NCBI GenBank assembly: GCA_001662655.1
Contig: KV460207.1
Direction: 5' to 3' (one strand)
Length of the DNA stretch: 64,000 bases
Source: Pseudogymnoascus verrucosus
Taxonomy: Eukaryota
In this document: positions 53,396-64,000 of the stretch, piece by piece
Position numbering within the stretch: position 1 is the first letter of the stretch
How the letters are laid out: each line of letters opens with the position of its first letter
Program-made: the position numbers and the translations under genes
The notes under the pieces: generated by a model
What the model saw: the letters and a program-made list of their open reading frames with translations, nothing else
Database searches by the model: none
What the model was told of the DNA's origin: nothing

Positions 53396-54147
53396 AAGAG
53401 CATAATTGTGAGTTTGCGGGGCTCTGATGGCGTTTTACGAGAGTAGAGGGGGAGGTTCGGCGGGGTCGAGTTAGACATATGATACCTTGTTTGTAGATTC
53501 GAGTATGGATAGAATTAATCGACAAAATTGATGGATAGAACTGATGGACCGAATTGACAGACAGATTTAATGGACATCATTGCACCATTGCACAGATATG
53601 ATAAGGATCAGCGCCGAAAGGACCCCACACGACCCCGCACGACCCCGCCGTTTTTCTCCAAGTTGCCGCAATTATCAACAGGTACACGGAAGGCGGCATA
53701 GCGGGTGGTGGGGTGGAGAGCACGGCATCGCTAGCTACAATCACAACATCGACAATTCGCAACACGCAACACGGAGATTACAAGACCGACACTTGAGTAT
53801 GACAGTCTCCGTCGGCTTGCCCTGGTCGAATGAGGGGTATATCTGATAATGATAAGGCAAAAAGGTTAAGGCTGCGAACGAAGAGCCGAAACCCGTAAAG
53901 CGGAAAGGCGCGCATCGCTCTCTCATTTGGTTTCCATTTTTATTCCATTTCCATTTCCATCTTCGCCCTCTTCTTGGTTTTCTTCTCATTGTTTGTCTTA
54001 TTCTTAGCCAATCTTTTGGCTGCCGTATTACTACTCGCTTTCAATCGCAGCTTCACATACCTCATTAAAGAAGGCAGACAGAGAGATAGGTGAGCCCATC
54101 AAGTCAACCACCACCGTTTCATTCTGTTAATCCCCCCATCAGCAACA

Positions 54148-55707
54148 ATGTCCTCTCCAGAACGCAAGCAGTGGATTCTCAACGCTTTTGCCATGCAATC
54201 GCCCTCACACCTTAACCCAGGCCTCTGGAAAGCGCCAGGTGACAACGGTCCGCGCTACACTGACCTCTCAGCCTGGATCGCGCTCGCCCAGAAGCTTGAA
54301 GCCGCCAAGTTCCACGCCATATTCTTCGCCGATGTCCTCGGGGGTTACGATGTCTACCGCGGTCCTGCAAACCTCACACCTACAATTCCTGCAGGAGCCC
54401 AATTCCCAATAAACGACCCCCTCTACTCCATCCCTGCCATGGCCGCAGCTACCAAAACCCTAGGCTTCGGAGTCACCTCCTCGACTACCTATGAAGCCCC
54501 ATACTCCCTAGCACGCAAGTTCTCCACGGTAGACCACCTTACCAATGGTCGCGTTGCCTGGAACATTGTGACCTCCTACCTGGACTCAGCGGCGCGCAAC
54601 TTCCCGGGCAATTCCCAGGTTCAGGTCCCACATGACACGCGCTATGCGATTGCGCACGAGTACCTCGATGTGTGCTATAAGCTATGGGAGGGCTCCTGGC
54701 GCGATGACGCAACAGATGCGCGATACAAGCTTGCAGGGAGCTATGCCGATCCTGCGGGCGTCCGACAAATAGAGCATGTCGGGACTCACTTCAAAGTCCC
54801 TGGGCCGCATATCTGCGAGCCCTCACCACAGCGGACGCCATTCCTTTTCCAAGCTGGTACTAGTGGTGCGGGCCGCACCTTCGCCGCCCAGCATGCCGAA
54901 GCGGTGTTTCTAAATGGGCATGCTCCACATCTCGTGCGGCCATCCGTGGATAGTATCCGCGACCAGGCCGAGTCTCTAGGCCGCCCACGGGATGCAATCA
55001 AGATCGTGGCAGGCTTGCTGGTTATTGTGGATGAGACGGATGAAAAGGCTCACGCGAAATACAAGGCGATCCTTAGCCATGGGGATAGAGAGGGAGCTCT
55101 CGCGCTGTTCGGGGGCTGGTCTGGTATCGACCTGTCCACCTATAGTGACGATGAAGATTTCCGTTTTGTGGAAAGTAAGGCGGTGAAAAGTATGGTAAAT
55201 CATTGGTCTTCGACAGTACCGGGTTTAGGAGACGTGCCTTGGACAAAATCCCGGATTTCAGAATTCCTACTAGTGGGAGGGAATGGGGTGAAGGTCGTTG
55301 GAAGCGCCACGACGGTTGCGGACGAGCTGGAGAGATGGGTAGCTGAGGCGGACGTGGATGGGTTTAATTTAAGTTATGCGACAAATCCGGGGACCTTTGA
55401 CGACATTATTAAGTATCTGTTGCCTGAACTACGCAAGAGGGGGGTGTTTTGGGAGGATTATAAAGTACCAGGAGGAACGTTAAGAGAGACTTATACTGGA
55501 AGCGAGGGGCAAACGAGGTTGCCCGCAAGTCACCCAGGGGCAAGGTTTGTATGGAGGTCAGGGGAGGAGCTGCCAAAATATATCAAAGAACAACATGAGA
55601 AAGCGAATGGAGAGACGAACGGAAATACCAGTACGAAGAGGAAGATTAGCGAGACAGAGGGACAAGGGCTAGACGCGGAGAATGGTGTGAAACGAGTAGA
55701 TAGGTAA
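54148..55707 (+). CDS. FMNH2-dependent luciferase-like monooxygenase, NtaA/DszA/SnaA family (intronless)
   Basis: ILNAFAMQSPSHLNPGLW, FFADVLGGYDVY, STVDHLTNGRVAWNIVTSY, PSPQRTPFLFQAGTS. Confidence 0.93.
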   Translation: MSSPERKQWILNAFAMQSPSHLNPGLWKAPGDNGPRYTDLSAWIALAQKLEAAKFHAIFFADVLGGYDVYRGPANLTPTIPAGAQFPINDPLYSIPAMAAATKTLGFGVTSSTTYEAPYSLARKFSTVDHLTNGRVAWNIVTSYLDSAARNFPGNSQVQVPHDTRYAIAHEYLDVCYKLWEGSWRDDATDARYKLAGSYADPAGVRQIEHVGTHFKVPGPHICEPSPQRTPFLFQAGTSGAGRTFAAQHAEAVFLNGHAPHLVRPSVDSIRDQAESLGRPRDAIKIVAGLLVIVDETDEKAHAKYKAILSHGDREGALALFGGWSGIDLSTYSDDEDFRFVESKAVKSMVNHWSSTVPGLGDVPWTKSRISEFLLVGGNGVKVVGSATTVADELERWVAEADVDGFNLSYATNPGTFDDIIKYLLPELRKRGVFWEDYKVPGGTLRETYTGSEGQTRLPASHPGARFVWRSGEELPKYIKEQHEKANGETNGNTSTKRKISETEGQGLDAENGVKRVDR

Positions 55708-55925
55708 ATATTTTATTTTCGAAAAATACGAACATAAGAATACCATTAAACTATTTTAAACTTCATTTTGTTGCAACATCAGTCGTGATGATCACCTCCC
55801 GGGCTTGGCGCCCGCCCAATTTCGGCAAGGCGCCTACATGAAGCTCGATGCCACTCCCGTTCAATGACTCGAAATTTCTAGATAGACAAGATTCCGCACA
55901 ATTTTTCTCACAACTTCTAAACAAA

Positions 55926-56922
55926 ATGCCTACCGCATCTCGGCATCCAAAACTCACCCCTGAAGAGGTGAATCAATATTATGACCGGCTCCATATTCCT
56001 CAAGAGCAGCGCATCTACGATGTTAGCGTCCATTCCCCGCAAGACGCATTCGACAACCTAGCTAGTCTGCAACGGCAACATCTGGCTTGGGTGCCATTTG
56101 AAAATCTGTTAATCCATTATTCACGGTCGCGGCAGATCAGTCTCCACCCGGAGGACTTGTTCAAGAAGATAGTGCAAACTCCGGGCCGAGGGGGTTACTG
56201 TATGGAAAACAATGCGCTTTTTGCGATGTTGCTTCGAACGCTGGGGTATAAGATACGCTCGTGTGGCGCAAGGACGCATAATGGAGAGGCATTCGGAGCA
56301 TGGTATATTATTTAGATCGATCTGGCCCATGGAACGTTGAGCTGACAATTTCTGTAGGAGTCATCAAGTCATCCTGGTCACTATCGGCGATGAAGTATTC
56401 GTCACGGACGTCGGATATGGGGCAAACAACATCGTCGTACCGCTGTCCTTACAGAAGGCGGGCGAGGTTGTCAATGCCATTCACCAAGAATCCATTCGGA
56501 TCATCCGCACAAGCCTTGATGGCAATGAAGATCCAGATCCAAATCAGAAAGTCTGGGCGTTCCAGCATAGGCTGAATCCCGACAACACCTGGCGCAACTG
56601 TTATTGCTTTACCGAGCTCGAGTTCTGGCCAGAAGACTTTGAAGTCATGAATATTTCAACTAGCCAGAGCCCGAGGAGGTTCTTCACCCATCGTGCTTTT
56701 TGCACCAAGATGATTCTTGATGAAAGCGGGAAGAAGATTGTTGGCCGTCTAACTTTGCAGACAGAGATCAAGAGGTCAGTTAATGGGAAGAGCGAGGTAA
56801 TCAAGGAATTTAAATCGGAGGACGATAGACTGGCGGCTTTGAAAGAATTCTTTGATATTGAGTTTAGCAAGAGCGACGCTGGATCGATTATCGGCACTGT
56901 GGCGGAGATTAAGGCGCCTTGA
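55926..56922 (+). CDS. Arylamine N-acetyltransferase family; intron 56303-56357 (alternative ATG at 55848)
   Basis: VPFENL, RGGYCMENN (Cys), W|SHQVILV (His), TDVGYG (Asp) catalytic triad. Confidence 0.9.
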
Positions 56923-58348
56923 GTTGAGTACGAGGCTGGCTTGCCAGTGCCACATCTGGCAGTATGGCAGTATATATAGAATCATATGTCCATATTACGT
57001 AGTCTAGAGGTCCCTACTATATAGTTTTACAGTCGGTATGAAGGCCTCTCACCCCGTGACTTTGCACGTGACCTACCTGAAAAGATGTCGCAGAAGGAAT
57101 AAAGGTGATCCGTCAATACACTGTTATAGAGCATATTGATTACAGTACAAATAGCATGTAGGTATATGCATTCCTCTCTTCGAATACAAACCACACGTGA
57201 CGTCAAATTGTCCGAGGCATCTCTGAAGCTGTCATCAACCGTCCCTCTGGATTATATCGTAGAATCCAGGCCCCATATAGCACGGACTTTATTAATCTTC
57301 ATAGACAAACAGCGAGTTCGCAGGTCTCCTTCCGCCTTCGTCTTCCGTCTTTCCGACCTCACAGGCAAATTCACTCACACTCCATTCAATTCTACTTACA
57401 ATATACATATTATCGTACTGCTATTTTACATAAACTCGCGTACCACACAAGTACAATCAAACAGGATCTCCTTGCATGAGCCTATTGTTTGACAATCACC
57501 CTTAGCTCCCCTGCTCGCCCACACTAACCTATATTCCGCCTAGCGTCTACTCTCCCTCCATGCTCTCTCCATGCTCTCGCCCTTCTAGCCCATCAACATC
57601 TTCCACACCTTTGACCTCCCCCCTATCCCTGCCGTCACGTTTTCCCACTCGCCAGGCGCAGCTCCACCAATCAGCGAATTCCCCAGCCACGAAGCGAGCG
57701 CACGGAACCCCTTGCGCGTCTTCGGCCCTTCTAGCGCGCTCAATAGGGGATAGTGCGGTAGGGGTTCTTGTTTAGCCAGGGGGAAGCGGACAGGGGACGG
57801 GTGGATGATATCCGTTCTGTCCGGGGGAATTTTGTTGGCGATGCTGGTGAAGAGAGTTGATGTACGACACTGGCGGCGTCGATTTTACCCACAACTCCGC
57901 ATAAAGCAGGTGGACAGTGTGGTGTGGCAGGCGTGGCCAAAGAGCCTATGCGTGGCAATCGTGCCATAAAGTGGGTGCAGGGGATAGCAATCAGGGACGG
58001 GACAAGGGACAGGACAGGGTCAGAACACGAACAAGAAGAGGTTGGTGCGGGGGGAAAGGATGGGATGGATGGGTGGGTTTTAGTGGTTTTCTCAACGTTC
58101 ATCTTCTTGCTCCCTCCCACTGTTGCATCGTTGCTCTCCTTTCGTCTTCATCTCTGCTCAGCTCAGGTCGGAGAGTACCAAGACAGCGCAGCACGAGAAT
58201 ATACAGACAGTCACTCTCTCTATCTCCAAGTCGTTACTCTCGTTCTGTCGCCAGCAAGTCGTTGAATTCTCTCACCAAGCTACTATCTATCTCCTCACCC
58301 ACCACTACCTCACTCACCTCACCCATCAACACCACCATCTCCCTAACC

Positions 58349-58786
58349 ATGGGCCTCATCGACCGCATCCAAGCCAAGCTCGAGCTCTTCCGCCTCGAGC
58401 AGCGCTACACCAACCGCAAGAACCGGCGCACAGCATTCAGCTCCGACGCTATCTACGTCGACGGCGAGTACGTCTACGCCTCCTCCAACAACACCGGCTC
58501 CAGCAACCGCAGCGAGCAGAGCATGGGCAGCGCGGCCAGCCGCTCCACTACCGCCAGCACCGCCTTTGACGCCGCCAGCGCCAGCGCGAAGGCCGCGAAG
58601 CGTCGCTCCATGATGGCGTTCTCGGGTGAGAGCGCGGCGGATATAGAGACGAGGGTTGAGGCGGGGAATGACATGGGGGCGCCACAGAGGAGGTGGAGCA
58701 GGAATTGGGGGAAGGGGAATAGGGCGGAGGAGAAGAGGAGGAGTATGGCTGTTGTGAGGGAGGCCAGGTGGGAAGATGGACAGTGA
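58349..58786 (+). CDS. Small hypothetical fungal protein (145 aa)
   Basis: Good ATG context (aaccATGg), strong C-ending codon bias, MGLIDRIQAKLELFRLEQRYT...YVDGEYVY. Confidence 0.7.
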   Translation: MGLIDRIQAKLELFRLEQRYTNRKNRRTAFSSDAIYVDGEYVYASSNNTGSSNRSEQSMGSAASRSTTASTAFDAASASAKAAKRRSMMAFSGESAADIETRVEAGNDMGAPQRRWSRNWGKGNRAEEKRRSMAVVREARWEDGQ

Positions 58787-59165
58787 GAGACGAGTGTATG
58801 TTAGGGCCGGATTACGCGTTATGACTTATGATGAAGGGGGACCTATCTCACGATTTTTTGTATATGGTAGGGGTGAGAGCTTGGATGCCTCTTCTTGGAC
58901 GCTTCTTGTCCGTTTCGTTTGTATCTCTTAGGGATTTGGAGTATTTATGGGGGAGCCGGCTAATAGGCCTGGGTGAGAGGAGTATCAATACAAAAGCGAT
59001 TACTCTGCAGCCGTGTTTTGTCACGAGCGTGAATTATATGCCACAGCATCGATGGGTCTGGTTACTGGACATCATTTGGCATTTCTCGAATATGAAGGCA
59101 TTTAATGGGCATCAATCGTTAATGTAGACCACACTGCCGATATCTCGACAGTATTCCACTTCCAT

Positions 59166-60368
59166 CTAGGCATCGGCCGGCTTGACCGCATACACCTCGA
59201 AGGAACCTACAACCGTGTTAGCACAACAGCACGACAATGTCAGGAAGTGTAAAGCCACTTACCAACCCACTCGTTGAAGTCAATGTTCGCAACATCATCC
59301 TTCTCCGTGATCGGGATCTTCGTCCCACAGCACGATGACGACCCCACCGCCGGCGCACCGCACCCTTTCTCCTCCGCATCAGTCCTCTCCTTATAGATAT
59401 TAAGATCACTCTTCTTATCCACAATCAACACATCTACATCTCGTCAGCACACCCATCTCTCTCAAATCCACCAAAACATCGAAAAAGAAAAAAACTCACC
59501 CTGGAACCCAACACCCCTCAACCACGCCTCATACTCCCCCACCAAACTCGCACCACTAATACAACCCACATACAACCCCAAATGCCCTTTCAACTCCGGC
59601 GACAACTCCTTCCTCGCCAGAATATCACTCACCGCCACCCTTCCCCCGGGCCTCAACAACCTCCAGATCTCGGAGAAGACAAGCGCCTTGTCGGCACCGG
59701 GGACGAGGTTGATCACGCAGTTGCTGATGATGCAGTCTGCGTCACCCGAGGGGAGGGTTATGGCAGTGATGGGGGCTTTGACGAAGGAGACGTTTTTGAG
59801 GTCGGATTTGGAGAGGTTCTTGTTGGCGAGGTCGAGCATGTCCTGGGGAGAGTTAGTTTTGGCGGCTTCATGGGGAGGAGGTACGGCTTACATCGCTGAT
59901 GTCTACGCCGATGGATTTACCGGTTGGGCCGACTTTACGGGCGGCTTGGAAGACGTCGAAGCCGCCGCCGCTGCCGAGGTCGATGACTGTTTCGCCCTGG
60001 GGTATGTTAGCTTTGGTATTCTCATGTTGGGGTCTTTTGTAGGCAATGCTTTGCGGAGGTTGTAAGACGAGCAAGGGAGTAGATGGGTGGGGCCGTAGGT
60101 AGGGTGGGGACGGGAGGAGCTTGGGGAAACGGCTTGAGAAAGCAGCTGAGGAGACAGAAGCACTGAGAAACACCTCTTTCAACCCAGCGATGGCAAGCGG
60201 GTTTCCGCAGCTAACACCCAAGTTGGCGCCATCGGGAATGCTGCTGAGGTCGGCGGGGTTGTAGCCGAAGGAGAGGGCGACTTTGCGGATGTGCTCCTCG
60301 TTGGCGGCGGTGTCCTCGCGGGCGAGGGAGGAATAGTGGTCGTTGACTTTGGCATAGAGGTCGGACAT
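59166..60368 (-). CDS. arsM: Arsenite S-adenosylmethionine methyltransferase (ArsM/AS3MT family), 4 introns
   Basis: [50 protein letters not shown]-terminal SCC and DFNEWV. Confidence 0.88.
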
Positions 60369-61229
60369 GGTGACGTCGTCTGGGATGGGTGTTGCGTTGA
60401 GTTTGAAGTGTGTTTAGCTGAAGTAAGAACTGTGATTTATTGACAGGAGGTTATTTTAAAATAGAGTTATATAACTTTGTCTGTTCAGTGATGATGATCG
60501 TTTGTCAGTTCCCAAAGTTCTCATATTCTTATATCTTGATAGTAGTGGCGAGGAGCAGCTACATCTCTAGTGACATCCTCCTCATCGTTGATTGGCTCGT
60601 GGAGTATACAGGTCTGGTACAACAAATACGGTTATATCTGGGTAGCGTTAAATGTACTCCATAGTACCACAAAGTAGTCACGTGCTGCGCGACAGGCAAA
60701 TTCATGCAAAGGCGATGATTGCTTTGAAACTGAATACATTGAAAAGTGCCTTAATATTTGATCTGATATTAATGAATATACGAGGTAAATATTAGTTCCG
60801 AATACCATAATATTTTACATCACGTGGTGTGTACGTACACACCGCCGACGTCAGAAACAGCCTCTAATATTGGCTTCAATTAGTTTCGATATTCTTACTA
60901 AGATAGGGTCGCCGAGGGATTCGAAAGCGCAAGGCGTTTTAAAAATATTGCAGATCTGAACTTAAATCGTCGTCATGGGCGTGGCTGTGCTGCCTGCCAT
61001 ACGAACTGTCATCCATTGACCAATGTCAGGCTCCACAACCTTAACCCAGCCCGCAGTCAACCATCAATGAAGCAGGTCAAAAACTTTTGTTGTTGAGCTC
61101 CAAAAATTGGCGGGGTCCATGCACATCAAAAGTGTTACGTGCCTAGCTACTATAAACTACGTAACGTTTTGTCCAGACCTCGTCACCTATTCGCACGCAT
61201 CTCACCTCACCTCCTGTTCTTCAAGAGCG

Positions 61230-63439
61230 ATGGCCGCCCCCCTTTCCGGAAAGGAGAGTCCCTCAACAAAAGATACTCCAACCATGGCGACTAAAGCGGA
61301 TACCACGGAGAAAAGCGCTCGCAGTTCTCACTCTCCCACGCCGCTCCCGCTCTCAAGAACTTGCCAGAATTGTGCACATGCCAAGATAAAATGTACCCGT
61401 TTGAACCACCCGCATATATGTGACAGGTAGGCAGCTCCAATATGATAATATGCACGTTTTCGAGTGGTTCGGGGTTGACGCTGTGCAGATGCCATCGCCT
61501 GAGTAAGGAGTGCGTATTTAGACAGGCCAGGCGGCGACACAATGGCAGCAAGAAAGATGTGTATGTCACCGAGACTCCGTCATAGACGATGATGCGCTGA
61601 CAACCAGAAGTCGCATAGAAGCTCTCGAAGCCAAGGTTAACCAGCTTCTGGGTGCTACATCCCAGGGTGCTACTTCCCAACCGGCCAAGTCTACTCCGCC
61701 AGGGCAGGTAACCTTTGACTTTGGACTTGAGGGCCCAACACCAGCAGTTAGCTCTGGGATGGGCAGAGATGTGATTGACGACGGGTGGCTCGACATGGAG
61801 GCTGCGAGCCGATATCTCGAAATGTTCAGAACGGTTATGGTTCACCGATTTCCTTTTGTAGTCATATCTCCAAGCGTGACCGCTCAAGGGCTTCGCGAGA
61901 CGAAGCCGTTTCTATTTCTTACGGTGCTTGCAGCGGCCTCATACGAGAATATGCCACTACAGCGGCGGCTTGGTGGTGAGATTAAGCATGTTGTGAGTAG
62001 TAGGATGATTTTTGGTGGAGAAGCTTCAATTGAGCTTCTTCAAGGCCTTCTGATCTATCTTGCTTGGTATGTATTCTCCAATATTTAACCGCACTGTGCT
62101 GACGAGACGAAACTCTAGGAACCACTATTATAGCCGGCCACGCGTATATTCCCAATTTCTCCAGCTTGCCATTAGCATCGTAGTTGATCTAAGACTCAAT
62201 CGACCACCGCCGAGCGGTCCACCCAAGGTTGGGCTGACGATCGATTTAGATGTTGGTGCCAAGCCGAATTACCCAATATCCTGGAGCCAAGATGAGAGGA
62301 GAGCTGTTGCCGGTTGCTTTTATCTTACCTCGAGGTAAGACCTTTCAGCCGATTATTTACTGAACCTTGAGGAGTGCTTACTCTTATGCAGCATAGCTAC
62401 TATGTTACAAAAGACGTCGACATTCCCGTTTTCTGCTCATATTGACGATTTCTGCAAGACTCTTCGGGATGAGGCAGCCTGCCCAACCGATAAGTATGTT
62501 CTATATGTTGTGCGATTGCAAGCAATTGCGGAAAAGATAGACCGTCTGTATTCTCAGCGAGTCTCCGAGTTGAACCCTGAGTCTACTATCGAGCTATTTG
62601 TTAAACAGCTGCAAACCGAGCTTGAGCTATTCAGAGAACGCCTGCCGTTTGACATGGCCGAAAGTTGTAAGTTGTCCTCAGCTGCTGATATCAAACACGT
62701 GTTGATCTCAACTTCTATAGATTTATTAGCGATGCAATACCACGCTGTGGAGCTGAACCTTTATCAGATAGCCCTCCTCGATAGAGGCGCGGAATCAGAA
62801 ATTCCCCGATTTATGTCGTCATCCACGTGGCGACTTGATATCTTATGCGCCGGTTTAATATCGGCCAAGTCACTGCTTTCCTATTTTATTTCGCTCCCAG
62901 GACGCACCCAGCTGGCAATGTCCAATTCAGAGTGGATTCAAATCGGCGTCGCTATGGTTGTCGCGTCAAAGCTATCTGTTGCAGCTCGCGGACCAACAGC
63001 TTCGCGTGATACCCTGGCCCTCCGCGACTCTCTCGACATGCTGAGATTTGTGAAGGAAGCAGTGGCAGTTGTGAGCCAATTAGTGACCCAGGTTGTGGAT
63101 GCTGACGGGCGCCGTGATATTTTCTACGATTACTGGAAGCGCGGCAAGCTTATTCAGAGCTGGTACGAGAAGCATTCCCCGAGACCCGCTAGCTTACCAT
63201 TACCACCGGCAGGCTTCAATGGCTATTATGGTGACGGAAGCCAGCCGAGTTCAGCCAGTTACACTCCACAAATACCACAACAGATGGATGATTTCTTCGG
63301 CATCGACATGGGAGCTGCAAACCTCGATAACCTGCTGCAAGCGGAAATGGAAGATATCCAATTGGAGGGTTACGTTCCTGAAATGTCCATAGATGGTATC
63401 ATGGCAGATTGGATGTCATATCCATTGCTCCCATTTTGA
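61230..63439 (+). CDS. Zn2Cys6 transcription factor, multi-intron
   Basis: CQNCAHAKIKC...ICDR|CHRLSKEC, RIEALEAKV, FPFVVI, LRETKPFLFL, ERRAVAGCFYL. Confidence 0.88.
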
Positions 63440-64000
63440 GGCATTGCTGGACGCGTTTTTCGAAATAAAAACAGATTTAGACAGCACAGAGACAACCTCC
63501 CCCACTCTGGCCTTCGTTGTTGTTGCAGTCAGCTTATATATAGTAAGCGCTAGAGCGAGCACTTTTGTGACGGATTACGCAAAAGGCAACGAATGAGCGC
63601 GGCCCCGATTAAAATTGAGGTGTAGCGAGAGACGAACTACGAAATTGTTGAATCCTACGATTGTGACATGGCACGACCCCACTTGTGTCAGTTTGCTCAT
63701 AGGGCAACGAATGGGGCAGGATCACTACTAGTTGGGGCTTGACACGAAGCTACGAGATTAAGGATCCTACGGTTGAGACATGACAGGCGCTGTGGGGGGA
63801 CAGAGGAATCCAGGATCGGATTTAGGATGATATGTATTTGCATTTATGCGCTTCTACACCTATAAGAAAGCCTAATTCAGGTTGTGATATAAAAATGTTA
63901 TTTGCAAAACACCGAAGGGACCGAGTACGCCAATTAACTCCAGTTACATAGATACCGTCACTGTCACTGATAATGAAACTGAATCCTTCAGTATTTAAGC

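Noticed and set aside
39582..56922. Secondary-metabolite biosynthetic cluster interpretation
   Set aside because: No PKS, NRPS, terpene synthase or DMATS backbone gene; the content is catabolic and uptake-oriented
57917..58348. N-terminal extension of the 289-aa ORF
   Set aside because: Non-ATG start and low-complexity UTR-like sequence; the ATG at 58349 is the better start

Overview
Gene-dense, intron-containing DNA from a filamentous ascomycete, with about 26 genes or pseudogenes. Exon boundaries were read by eye, so some are approximate. (1) 2-13 kb: housekeeping and transport genes (TPS2, a Dal5-type MFS, ATM1, an APC permease), then a GMC oxidoreductase relic at about 14 kb. (2) 15-23 kb and 36.7-39.3 kb: a probable tartrate/D-glycerate catabolic regulon with a Fungal_trans regulator, tartrate dehydrogenase/decarboxylase, GLYK/Tda10-type glycerate kinase, an ACS-type MFS, a divergent GDP1-like GAPDH and a short Zn2Cys6 protein. 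All three promoter regions share a TCGTTTCTCYRG motif, usually preceded by CYGG-N3. (3) 22.9-36.4 kb: a largely dead secreted-protein island that splits this regulon. It holds a subgroup C GH18 chitinase, a LysM protein and an HEXXH protease, all with RIP-type TAG/TAA stops, plus one apparently intact barrel-like gene. (4) 39.6-56.9 kb: a probable organosulfur-scavenging cluster of two DszA/NtaA-type monooxygenases, two BVMO-like flavin monooxygenases, three MFS transporters and an arylamine N-acetyltransferase, built as head-to-head enzyme-transporter pairs. One MFS has duplicated introns around a 6-nt microexon. (5) 58-63.4 kb: a small hypothetical protein, an arsenite methyltransferase and a Zn2Cys6 factor. 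No rRNA, tRNA, CRISPR array or intact transposon was seen.
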